From Camelus ferus (taxonomy: Eukaryota), in NCBI RefSeq assembly GCF_009834535.1, contig NC_045697.1, positions 8,372,001-8,436,000 on the forward strand: a stretch of 64,000 bases of DNA, read 5' to 3'. The first letter of the stretch is position 1. Each line of letters opens with the position of its first letter. A program made the translations under genes and the position numbers. This document shows, in pieces, positions 52,510-64,000 of this stretch. The notes under the pieces were generated by a model. The model was not told where the DNA came from and made no database searches. It worked only from the letters and a program-made list of their open reading frames with translations.

Positions 52510-52959
52510 TGTGGAAGGGCTGCTAAAAGTTCACCAAAAGCATGTCCTTTTCTTCTGTGCTCTCAACATACCACACTGCTTAGTCTGTCCTGGAGTTAGT
52601 CGTGACCATATTACTAATTTATTACTTAACACAATACCAACCTTTAACCAAGTTAGACAATGGACTACAAGAGAAAGTGCCATGGCTATTTCCAGGTCTT
52701 CCTATAAAAAGTTCCCTTCTAGATCCTCCAGTCCTTTTTCCCCAGGCCAACACTCTTGGAAGCCCTGGATCAAAGATGGCGGAGCCACAGGATGGCAGGA
52801 TCCTGGGTATCTGAATCATCACTGGGAGGAGAGACATCCTCCAATCAGAAACACCCATTTGAACTTTACATGAGGGAGAAATAAAATTTTATTGTGCTAA
52901 CCTATTGATATTTTGAGGTCGCTTTATTACTGCACACAGCAATATATTAACAAATACAC
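52510..52959 (+). mobile_element. MaLR (MLT1J-like) solo LTR
   Basis: 'aagatggcggagccacaggatggcaggatcctgggtatctgaatca...gagaaataaaattttattgtgctaa'. Confidence 0.8.
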
Positions 52960-52980
52960 AATCATTTAAAAATGCACGTA

Positions 52981-53545
52981 TATAGCAGCACTATTTGCAA
53001 TAGCCAAGACATGGGAACAACCTAAATGTCCATCAACAGATGACTGGATAAAGAAGTTGTGGTATATTTGTACAATGGACTACTATTTGGCCATAAAAAA
53101 TGATAAAATAATGCCACTTGCAGCAACATGAATGGCCCTAGAGAATGTCATTCTAAGTGAAGTAAGTCAGAAAGAGAAAGAAAAATACCATATGATACCA
53201 CTCGTATGTGGAATCTAAAAAAAAAAAAAAGACAAATGAACCTATATTTAAAACAGAAACTGACTCACAGACATAGAATACAGACTTGTGGCTGCCAGTG
53301 AGGAGGGGTTTGGGAAGGGATAAACTAGGAGTTTGAGATTTGCAGATTCTGACTGGTATGTGCAAAATAGATAAATAAGTTTATGCTATATAGCACAGGG
53401 AAATATATTCAATGCCTTGTAGTAGCTCATGGTGAAAAAGAATAAGAAAATGAATATTATTTATATTCATGTATGACTGAGGTATTGTGCTGTACACCAG
53501 AAATGGACACAACATTGTACACTGACTATACCTCAATAAAAAAAG
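52981..53545 (+). mobile_element. 5'-truncated, relatively young cetartiodactyl/camelid-type L1
   Basis: ORF2 C-terminal 'aatagccaagacatgggaacaacctaaatgtccatcaacagatgactggataaagaag' and 3' UTR 'gactcacagacatag...tatagcacaggg...acattgtacactgactatacctcaataaaaaaa'; degenerate TSD aaaaatgcacgtat / aaacatgcatatat. Confidence 0.93.
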
Positions 53546-55788
53546 AAACATGCATATATGAAAAATATTTTAAAATAGAGCCAGAAGGGTATGTTATCAG
53601 TGTGTCTGGGTGGGGGGATTGCGAGTGTATTTTCATTTTCTTAATTCTCTCTTTATTCTGGATTTTTCAAATCTTCTCTAAGGAATGTATATTAGTTTTA
53701 TAATTTCAAAAACTACTTAAAGGAGGAAAAACTTTTTTAAAAGTGGGATGCCTTATGGATAAAAGAAAATACTCTTCTTAATCTGGCCCTCACCTGGGAA
53801 GGTATGTTCTCACTTCACATTTAATGAACAAATGCAGTTTGTACCTCTACCTGATGCCAAGCACTGTTGCTGACTGCTGAGATACTAAGATGAAAAAAAT
53901 ATCACCCCAATGAACCTCAAAGAATCCACAGCACATCAAGAATCATAACATACAGTGATAAAACCAGGTACTCTGGGGACACACGGAAAAGTGACTGAAC
54001 CCGAACCAATGCAATTTAGATAAGACTTCCTGGAGGGAGGACCACCTGTAAGCAGAGCAAGGTAGGAAAAAAGCATAAAAAGAGGCACAGGGCTGAGAAA
54101 AAGCATGATGTGTGCTGAGCAGTCAGCTATAGCCCTGGCCTAAGGTTCCAGCCAAACGTTTAGACACATGAGTGTTACTTGTTTTTGTTTCTGCAGTGCT
54201 TAATACAATGCCTGGTATACAGTGAGTGCACAGTAAATATTTGCCAAATAAATAATTAAAAATGGACATTTCTGCCAAGTGGTTATCCAGGCTCTTGCTT
54301 ACACATCCCTTATAATAATGGGCATCTTGTGAGGCATTCCACTCCATCTCTAAGCAGCTCTGGCCACTGAAAAGTCTTCCTTGTATTAAGCCAACCAAAA
54401 ACCCAGTCGTACTAGAGAGCATATTTACATAAGGGAGCAGGGTCAGCAGCAGAGAGATGGTCTGAAAAGGTGAGGACTAAAGGGATCAGACTTGGGGAGA
54501 AGAGTGCAGAACAAGAGGCCATACTTCCACTATGTCCTTTTAAAAATGACTGATAATATGGCTTTGCACATGCGGGTGCCTAGGCTACTGAACTTGTGTG
54601 TGTGCAGGCACTCCCGTGCATGTCACACACTCTCCAACACCACGTGTCCTTGGCCTCATTTGTTCCTTATCACTGCTCACTGAGTTCTGCTCAAGTTAGA
54701 AAAAAAAAAAAAAATCTCTGTTCTACATATAAGGAAACGGAGATAAAGACCAAGATGACTCAGTAAGTGATACAAGCCAGGAGCTGCAGCTAGGTTTTCC
54801 CACCCTCTTCCATGTACCACCAGAGAGCCCCCACGTAGCATCTCAGATTATCACTCTTTGGGAAACTCTGAACAGACGTGGCTGCACCACACAGACTCTG
54901 CCCGATGGGGAGCCGCAGTGAGCCAGCTGCGGGCTTCGTGGCTAATGAAGCTCGTCTTCCTCTGTCCTGCTATTCAACACGGCGGTTCAGTGCCATAACT
55001 CAAGTTTGAGTCATGGTAGAATTCAGGCACTACAGCCAGGCCGCCAGGAGAGGTAATCTGGGGAAGGAGGGTAGTGAAAGGGATCTGGGTGCAAAAGGCC
55101 AGTTGCTCAGAGCTTAGAAAATGCTCTTATTACAACAGCCACGAGGCAGGGCTTACTCATGGCAAGGTCAGGAAGGCCAGCTTGATGTGGGCTCTCAAAG
55201 CATCTAGTATTTGACTGTCCAAGGGCCTGACACTTCCAAGGACCAGAACCAGGACTGGCTGGTCAAGTGGCCCAAGCTGTGAGAGAGGGAGGCCGTGGGG
55301 GCAGGGAGTCAGTGGGCTCTGGTCCTTGCGCTCCCTAACCTCCTGGAACCTGAATCCCTCTGCTGCTCCTCCAGTGTGCCCTTCCACATGGCATAAATTC
55401 TCACCCCCCATTTCACAGTCCAGCAGTACCAGCTGGCTGAGAAAACATATCAAGAGTTAAGAAACACGGGGTTACTAAGACATTCTTGAAGAAGCAAAGC
55501 CTCAGTGTGTGCCCCAAGCCCTAATCAATCCACACCTTTCACGCCAAGAGGTACTGCAAATGCACAGCCCAGCAACCTCGAAACAATGAAAGGGGATCAT
55601 ATTTACAATCATGATAAACTGCCACACTTGCAAAGGATGCCTGCTTCTATATTGACTATTAATATGGTCTTTACTACATGAGGTGAGCCGAACAAGTGCT
55701 ATTACAGCCATTATGGAGATGAACAAACTGAAGCTGGAGAAATTAAATGGCATGCATTTTTTATCAATATTACACTACTTTTACAATA

Positions 55789-56176
55789 TGTTGTGGCTTG
55801 AATTGTGTCCTCCCAAAAAGGTATGTTGGAGCCCTCACCCCCAGGATCTCAGAATGTAAACTTATTGGGAAATAGGGCCACTACAGACGTGACCAGTTAA
55901 AGAAGGTGAAATTCTGAAGAGGGGTGGGTCTCTAATCCAACACGACTGGGATCCCAATAAAAAGCCGTGTGGAGAAACAGGGACACACGGAGAGGACGGC
56001 CATGTGAAGGCAGAGGCAGAGACTGCAGTGATGCCGTCATAGCCGATGAATGCCAGAGGCTGCCCAAAGCTGGAAGAAGTAAGGTATGATCTGACGCTGG
56101 GGGCGTCAGAGGGTGCATGGCCCTGCCGACATCTTCATTTCAAACTTCTGGCCTCCGGAACTCAGAGGGAATAAAC
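55789..56176 (+). mobile_element. MaLR (MLT1B/C-like) LTR, 3'-truncated
   Basis: 'tgttgtggcttgaattgtgtcctcccaaaa...ttattgggaaataggg...ttctggcctccggaactcagagggaataaa'. Confidence 0.88.
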
Positions 56177-56533
56177 TGGGAAGGGAGAGTCAGAAGAGAG
56201 ATGGCCGTGGATATCAAGACGAGGCATTCCCAACATCGTCAAACAGCATCTCTTTAGTCAGAGAAGGCGAAACACTGAAAATCCGACCTTTGCAGTCACT
56301 GTGTAGTTAGGAGTTCAATGACGACCTTTGCAAGGGGAGTTTTCAGAGTGAGAAAGCAGTTTGCCTCACTGGAAGAGACTAAGGGTGAGCGAGACATAAA
56401 GCAGCAGAGAGAGACACTGTAAAAAGTTGGCTCTTTTTCCAAGTCTGCCTTCTTGAAGAGACAGATCGGTCAGAAGGTCAGAAGGAAGATGGGGAGAAAA
56501 GGTGAGGAGGTATCTAAAAAATGGGTGGAATTT

Positions 56534-56830
56534 CTATGTCTGTGAGTCTGTTTTTGTCTTGTAAATGGACATAGAAAACAAACTTATGGTTACCAGGGGG
56601 GAAGTGGGGGGGGCGATCAATTAGGAGTCTGGGATTTGCAGATACTTACTACTAAATATAAAATAGATAAACAACAAGGTCTTACTAGTTAGCACAGGGA
56701 ACTATAGTCAATATCTCGTAATAACCTATAATGATAAAGAATATGAAAAAGAATCTATATATGTATAACTGAATCACTATGTTGTACACCAGAAACTAAC
56801 AACATTGTACATCACCTATACTTCAATAGG
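56534..56830 (+). mobile_element. short L1 3' end with 5' inversion and 18-bp TSD
   Basis: TSD aaaaaatgggtggaattt (56516-33) / aaaaaataggtggaattt (56831-48); 56534-56566 is the reverse complement of the L1 segment that normally precedes 'gacatagaaaacaaacttatgg'. Confidence 0.92.
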
Positions 56831-59094
56831 AAAAAATAGGTGGAATTTGAACATATAGTCTAAGGGGAAGACTCAGTGGGAAGAGACGGAGTGAGATTCA
56901 GGGGGAGAGAGCATCCTGGGCACGGCACCGTCTAGGGGAGCAAGCAACAGGGTGATCTCCAGGAAAGCCGTCAGGTCGGGGCTGACTGAGCACATGGCCT
57001 GTGCAGGTCAGAAGGGCCCGCAGTTTGCTGTCTTTAAATTTTTTTTTTTTTGGTCTTTAAAATTCTAACAATTTTATCTGTGATCTTCTGTTTTTCACAT
57101 GGAGCATGTGCTGGGGACATGGAGCCTGGGCAAACAAGCGCTACCACATCCCGGGGACAGAGGCCGAGCTGCCCACTGAGCTCCTGAGTGCCTCCTGGCC
57201 TGCCTGCCCACCTTGCGGTCACTTCCACCTCTGCCCGAGACAGGGACCGGGTTGTGCGGGTAGGGGAAGGCCCTTTTTGCCGTCACCCTCTTGTCCCAGT
57301 AGGGTCTTGCCCTAACAGCATCTTGGGGCAGGGCAAGGTAGTGGCAGCTCTGACCCAGGCTGGCAGGAGCAGAGCTTTCTCAGAGGACAATGCAGTGAAG
57401 GACTCTCACCCACCCCTGACCCAGATGCTGAGTGCGTTCCATCACGGAGGTTACAATCACAGTGGGGTCACCTGTCCACTGTGGACTGAGGCACCAGAGG
57501 AGAGACAGAAAATCCCCTGCCTAGAATTTTCACTTTGCCCTAAGCCGGGCAAAGTCTGCCGCCAGCCTGAGCGAAGGAGTTAGCCTTGGTCAGGAGGACT
57601 AACACTTTTACTCCAGGAGGGGAGGGACAAAAGGATTGGGGGCAGTAGTTTGCAAGCCAAGAAACGCACACCTGTCCGCCTCTCTCTCTCCTCGCAGGTC
57701 CAGCAGGTACAAAGCTGGACAAAGGCTGAAGTGGGGGGTTGGGTGGAAGCAGAGCCCAGAATTGGGTGGGGTCTTGAGGTCAGAGGTCAGAGTGGTGCGG
57801 ATGAAGCTGCTAGACCTAACCCTGCTGCGACTCAGGGGATGAAGACCTGCGTGGGTGCACGAAAAGGCTGCTTCAGGACAACAGCACCCCTCAAGCTGTC
57901 TCTTCACCCTGACTACTCACGGGCAGCTTTCAGCCAGTTTTACATTTCAACAATGCCAGAAACTGACTTTCCATGTTTGAAGGGATCAAATTCTCTTTTT
58001 TTTCTCTCCGAATGTTTCAAAGAATATTTTAACATAATGAATCTTAACATACATTGGGTTTCCCTCACTCGTATATCAGACGTTCCATAAATACCCCGTA
58101 GGTTTTGTTGACAGATTGATTGATCCTGGATTTCCAGGGGCCGAGCTCCCCTCCCAATCGCCCATGTCATGCGCCTGACCCGCAGCCCCAGGAGGTAGAG
58201 AGAGCAGGCTAGGCTCCTGCCTGCTCAGAGCGCAGAGAAGAAAGCTTATGTGGCTCAGGACCAGAGTTCTGCAGCCAAGTTCTCCTAATCCCCTGCCCCC
58301 TGCTCTGCCCGGCGGACCCTCTATGAGATCACTAAACTGCCTTCTGTCGGCACTCCTTGAGTTATTACTCCCTTCGCGGTCATTTGCGGGAGTGGAGGAC
58401 ATTCGTGGACACCAGGGGATTCTCACTTCAAATAAAGCATATCTTCTCTCAGTTAGAAATGGAAAGAAAGAAAGGGGACATGTGTGTGAGGGGACTGGAT
58501 GGCAGGCACTCAAGTCTTAAAGTGCCAGCCCCCAGCTCGGGGGATGAGTCATGCTTCCTGAGCTCAGGGGCTGAACACACTCCAGCATCTTCCCTGAGGG
58601 CTGCCCCTCTGTCTTAATTAAAGTCCCCTATGTTCCCATATTGATGGAGCAAGGGGGCCACTCATGAGAGACGGCTGGGGCGGGGGGAGGGGTGGGGAGT
58701 GTACTGGGCAAATGACAATCCAATTACACAAACCCTGTGCTTGAAATAGAAGCTGGACCCCAGCTCTGAAGCTGTACCTCCTGCTGCTGGCACCTGCCTG
58801 CTCCCTCCTGAGTCTCCCCTTGCTTCCTACTGCAGGCAGAGCCAAAGAATGAAGTCTTTCCTAAGGCAGGCTTGGCCGTAGGGAGGCCCTGACATGAAGT
58901 CACGTTCCACAGCCTTCCCCAGGCACTCCTGCTGTGAGCGCTGCCTCACCAAGGAACCTTCAATGATAAGTTAATCCTGTTGACAGACGGCCAGGAAATT
59001 GGTCAGACCTACAACAGTTCTTAGGCTCACTACACTGGAAGTGCTGGCTGTGTTCTCTCATAAATGGGTAACTCTCAGAGACCAAAGGGACCTT

Positions 59095-59230
59095 GGAAGA
59101 AGTGCATTGCTTTGTTTAGAAAAGTTGAAGCACAGAGAGGTGGTATAACATGCCAAAGTCACACAGCAAGTAACTAACTCTCTGGGTTCAAATTCAGGTA
59201 CATCTGATTCCAAAAGTAGGCTCTTTTCAA
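59095..59230 (-). mobile_element. MIR fragment
   Basis: 'gaagcacagagaggtggtataacatgccaaagtcacacagcaagtaa...catctgattccaaa'. Confidence 0.75.
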
Positions 59231-59559
59231 TAGACCTGAGTCTCAGAGCTGCCTCCTTAAAGATGCTTCAGGGATTCCAGTAACAATAAGGTGTTTTCCA
59301 CCAAAAAATAGAAGGCTTGTCATTAAAATTTTTAAATATATTTTAAAATTTTTAAAATATATTTTAGTCACAAATAATGCATTTCCTTTATTTTTTAAAT
59401 TGCAATACCTTACCAGATTTTCCCTCAAAGAAGCCTGAACGATATTACACTGAGCCCTGAAGTCCAGGGTGCTTGGTGACAATGAAGTGAACCATCTTTT
59501 TAGAATCATTAGAATCAGTCAACAATGCAGCAAAATATAAGAAACGCATGACTGGTGAA

Positions 59560-59926
59560 GGTACAAGAACTGGGGGTGTGCCCCACTTAGAAGTGGAAGG
59601 GGGGGTGCCCGCCAGGGGGCCCCTCAGTCCTGAGCTCTCACAACCTTAGGTGGAGAGAGGTGCTTCACCCAAGGTCACGCTCCTCCCGCAGAAGCAGCTC
59701 CTGTCCAGTCACTAGCCTGGGCGCAGCAGCAGCAAGGGGACAGCTCTGCAGCCGTCCCAGCTCCGGAGCCCTGGTGGGCTAGCTCAGACCTTTGCTGCAA
59801 CTGCATCTCCGCCCAGCCTCTCCTTCTGCTCAACCCTCCCTCCCTGCTCCCTCACACTCCAGAGGAAACCACCTGCATGCAAACCACGGGGTCTCAGAGT
59901 ATTTTCAGAGAACCTGACCTAAGACA
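59560..59926 (+). mobile_element. ERVL-type (LTR16-like) LTR remnant
   Basis: Ends 'ggtctcagagtattttcagagaacctgacctaagaca', resembling the LTR16-family terminus. Confidence 0.55.
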
Positions 59927-60719
59927 GGCAAGGGCAGCTGCATCACTTAAAACGTTACGATCTGTCATTAAAAAACTGTTCTTAAGTATAAAAAAAATTA
60001 AATATAATAGGCAGTGATTTTTAACAGAAAAAAATATAGTCAAGTAGATTACTTAATAGATATATATCTTTCTATATATAATAGGTGTTTATTTTTCTTT
60101 AAATTATACCGTATTTCAAATATGTGTGCAAATAATATTCTAATGTTTTTTAAGCTGAAAATGATATTTTTAAAAGACACAACCATCACTAATTGGATTA
60201 TGTCTTGTTAAGAGCGATAATCACACCTGAGAAAATACTGCCTTTTTTCTCCCCCTATTAGCCAAGCTAGCCCCCGTCACCACACAGCAACTACAGAACA
60301 CCACAAATGAAATAAGCTCTATTCCAATCAGACAGCCCACATCATGGGTAAATAGTCAACAGCAAGAAAGGAAAAGAGATGGAGGAGATCGTGACACTTC
60401 TGTTTCTTATAAGGATGAGAGATCTCTGAAGTAATCGTGACAAACATCTGAATACTGAGTGGTGGATAACGAGTGCCAGACTTCTCTGTGTGTTTGAGAT
60501 ATTTTATAACTAAAATATATAATTTTGAAGAATATTCACTTCCAAGCTGGATCTCAGCACAGGATCAGTAATCATAAAACAGGTATCTGGTTGTTGGTCC
60601 TGCCATTGACACAGCACTCATCACCTGGGTCACTTGTCACCACCTCGTCATCCCAGTGTCTTCCAGATTCTGAAACGTGGGGGTCAAGAGTCGGATAGAT
60701 GTGAGTGTCCCTGTGAAAC

Positions 60720-61192
60720 AGACTCCCCTTCCTCTGCTAGATCTGTTCTGTATTTCTTCCTTTCTTCCTTAGAAACAGAAACCCTGATAGTTACTGGTAC
60801 AAGGCTGCCTGGAATAGATGTATTTTCCATCCCTCTTCGCAGCTAAGCATGGCCATGTGACCAACTTTTGACCATTACGATGTGTGGAGCTGCCTGAAAG
60901 TGTTTCCAAGATGAAGAGACAGCCCCTTCTTTGTCCTGCCTCCTTCCTGTTGGTTGGAATGAAGAAATGGTGGCTGGAGCTGACACTGCCATCTCGGACA
61001 AAAAGAAGGCATCCTAAAGGTTATGAAGCAACAAAACAGAGAGTCCTGGTACCAGGTAATTATGGTGCCCAAGCCGAGCCTGGACCCATTTATCTGTTTA
61101 TGTAAACAAGAAAGACTGGTCTATCATCATAAAATCACCACGTTCAGGAAATCTGAGGTCATTTGTCACATGCAGGTGAACCTAGTCATAAT
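60720..61192 (+). mobile_element. old MaLR (MLT1J/L-like) LTR
   Basis: 'gcagctaagcatggccatgtgaccaacttttgacca' and end 'ttgtcacatgcaggtgaacctagtc'. Confidence 0.7.
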
Positions 61193-61749
61193 AAAAATCA
61201 GTCACTAAAAATACCACCATTTCCAGATTGGGCCACATTTAACTTACTTCTGAGAGATGACACAGCTTTCATTTTAAAACCTTCGAAAGAGATAGGCATC
61301 ACAAATGCACACTAAGTAAGGCACTTAATCATCGTAAAGTATACTTCCTTCCCAGGTTCCAGGGAGTCAGAATTGGAGGAGGTTATCACATAGTCATAAG
61401 AATGATGATTTGTTTGCATCTGGGAAATGGAATGTGGTGATATAGAAATTAACAGAACTGCTTGCATTATAATCTTGATTCATTACTTCTTTCTACTTTA
61501 CAGACCAATTTTTCACATCAAATTATGAAATTCTTGAGAATATAGCTAGATAAGGTTTTGTACACGATGAATGTTTAGGAAATCTTTTTAGATTACTTAT
61601 AAAAGTTCTAGTTACACGGTAGAGTTCAATATTTAATAAGTAAACCTGGAAATTTCTTCGTAAGTGGCGAGCTCAAAGGACAGAGCAATTTAGTGAGGTA
61701 ATTCAATCAAAGAATTTTCACTTGGATTAGGAGAAAGATGGTGACTGAA

Positions 61750-63900
61750 TTTTAGCAACATCACACTACCTTGTCATTTCTCCTCACCTTCTCCCACCTT
61801 TGGCAAGAGCGTAAGAAAAGCAGCAAGATCCAGCTTTCAAGGAGCGATTGCACAGTGAATGAACATTTAGCGTCACTTCATCGGAAAACCTCACTGAAAG
61901 AACAATGAAGGAATGTTTAAGGTGTAGAACACAAAGACACAGAAAATTAGAAAGGAAATAGAAGCCACAGAATTTGGGGAGCTAGGAAACAGAAGGATGA
62001 GTTAATAACTGACCTAGAAGTTGCCACAGAAATGAGAGCTAGCCAACTTGCACCATGGTACCTCTATACAGGTCAGCAGTTAGCATCCTCAGGACCCCAT
62101 GGAGATAAGCATAAATGTGGAGATGAAATGGGTAAATAGGCTGAAAATCTTTTTACAAAGCCATTGGATCACCATATCCTCTCCACTACTACAACTCTGG
62201 TAGTAAATGCAGGTTTATTTTCTAGGAAAGATAAGACAGAAGGTATATGGACCAGGGGACACCATGTGAAGTTTAGGTACAGTGCTCTGGAAACAAGGAG
62301 ATTACATGAAAATTTACATTCTAATTGTTCCTTTAGGCTCTCAGGTCTCTAGAAGCCAAGCCTGTATCTCCCAAGCAGGACACTAAAAGATTACTCTCCA
62401 GGAAATCTGATCAGCCCAAGAAAAATTATCTAAAGACATTCATATCAGCAGTTCCCCCTATAAAAAGCCCAGATCTGGGAGAAGAAAAAAAAAGGAAAGA
62501 AAAGAAAAGCCTAGCTCTGGCACCTGATAATGGAGATCAGGGTCAAACATCCAGCCACACATCTCAGACCAAACCAAAAATGAATCAGGTATCATAATTC
62601 TCAAGCAGGACTCTTGAAGCTGGAAGACAATGGAGAAATATCTTCAAATTACTCAGGGAAAGTGATTTCCAACTGTGATGGTAAACTATGTGTCAACTGG
62701 ACTGGACCACGGGGTATCTAGATAATTGGTCAAACATTTTTTCTGATTGTTTTTGTGAGGGTGTTTTTAAATGAAATTAACCTTTAAATTGATAGACTAA
62801 GTAAAGCTCTTCCTAAGGTGGGTGGGCCTCATCCAATCAGTTGAAGGCCTGAATAGAACAAAAAGGCTGACCTTCAGACAGGAACTCCACTGTTGGCTCT
62901 TCTGGTTCTCAGGCCTTTGAACTCAGACTGGAACTAAACCACTGGTTTTCCTGGTTCTCCAGCTTGCCAAATCACTCTGCAGATCTTGAAACTTGCCAAA
63001 CTCTGTAACTGCATGAGCCAATATCTTGTAATAAGCCTATCTATCCATCTACCCGTCCGTCCATCCAACTGGTTCTCTTTCTCTAGAGAATTCTGACTAA
63101 TATATCAGTATTAATTCAGTGTAAACAGAGAATAATAACCTGTCAGATCCCCCAAAAGTTACTTCTATTTCTCCCTTTATCAAAAACCTAGAAAAGCAGG
63201 GGTCCACCAAGGAGAATGGACCAAAACTCCAGAAGTCATGGACAGAGGAAACAGAAACTCCAACACAAGAGACAGGGTATCCCTAGGGTGTTTTAGGAGG
63301 GTCTAGGTTGCAGATCTAGAAAAGGAACTAGTCCTCTAGAGTGAAAAAAGGCCCTAACGACAATGTCTCCCAGGGGACGGAAATCGAACGCTACTTTTGT
63401 TTTATTATGTTAAGGGGAGATTCAACAAACTGGGAGAGAGCTTGAGGAACATTTAGTAACAAGTATATTTTTAAAACCAACCAACCAAACACACAAAAGT
63501 CTGCTATAGAAGGAAAGTAATTATAATATGCTAAATGGCTTAACTATTACAAACACTGAATTTTGTCTTAACTAAGATTATGGTATAACTAAAGATCAGG
63601 AAATTGACAACACTGAAGCATTTTTGACGAAGAAAAGTAGCAGTTTCCTAGAATTCAACCTAATATAATAGAAGGTTGGGGGTGGGGGACCGTGCCAGTG
63701 TGTATGCTGAGCAGGAGGAGGCGGGGAAGAGAGCTACATCCTGTCTTCCACTGTAGGAAATCAGTCAGTAAGGCCTGAAACTGACAAATGCAGGAACAGC
63801 AGGGAAAGCGTGTTACCTAGAGATACGGAGGCAAATATCCACAGGAACAACAAAAATGGTGAGAGCTGCTGCGGGAGTGAGGTCCACCAGACGTGTAGTC
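61750..63900 (+). mobile_element. very old L1 5'/ORF1 remnant interrupted by MLT2
   Basis: 'gaagctggaagacaatggagaaatatcttcaaattactcagggaaagtgatttccaac' resembles the L1 ORF1 C-terminal region; boundaries uncertain. Confidence 0.55.
62674..63104 (+). mobile_element. MLT2 (ERVL) solo LTR
   Basis: 'tgtgatggtaaactatgtgtcaactggactggaccac...gggtgggcctcatccaatcagttgaaggcctgaatagaacaaaaaggctgac...ctctagagaattctgactaata'. Confidence 0.92.
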
Positions 63901-64000
63901 CGATGCAGCTGTTTGCATCTTCAAACTACATTGTCCATAAAAGCTGGAATCAGGGGAAAAAAAGAGCCTTGCTTCCCATGCTGTTAACAAGGCGGAGATC

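Noticed and set aside
1..64000. Prokaryotic-type systems (CRISPR, operons, defence islands) or an intact ERV/L1
   Set aside because: The sequence is mammalian non-coding DNA with no regularly spaced repeat array and no long intact ORF.

Overview
Mammalian non-coding genomic DNA, probably from a camelid. The lineage call rests on a tRNA-derived SINE of the camelid Vic-1 type, cetartiodactyl-type L1 3' ends and a Tigger2a-like MITE. There is no complete protein-coding gene, RNA gene or CRISPR array, and the six-frame ORFs are almost all chance ORFs or repeat-derived. The window is dominated by old interspersed repeats (MIR, L2, MaLR/ERV solo LTRs, MER5/Charlie, L1). All long L1 pieces and most MaLR LTRs lie on the + strand, which suggests an intron or 5' region of a large minus-strand gene that I could not name. 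Best leads: (i) a minus-strand candidate first exon encoding a 30-aa signal-peptide-like N-terminus ending at a phase-1 GTGAGT donor (16345-16435), within a cluster of other minus-strand donor-terminated candidate first exons (4.8-16.4 kb); (ii) a ~120-130 bp, high-identity inverted duplication (37004-37133 vs 38187-38303) whose second copy sits inside a TA-rich microsatellite; (iii) a 5'-inverted (twin-primed) L1 with an 18-bp target-site duplication. Repeat subfamily names were recalled from memory of consensus sequences, and boundaries of old repeats are approximate.
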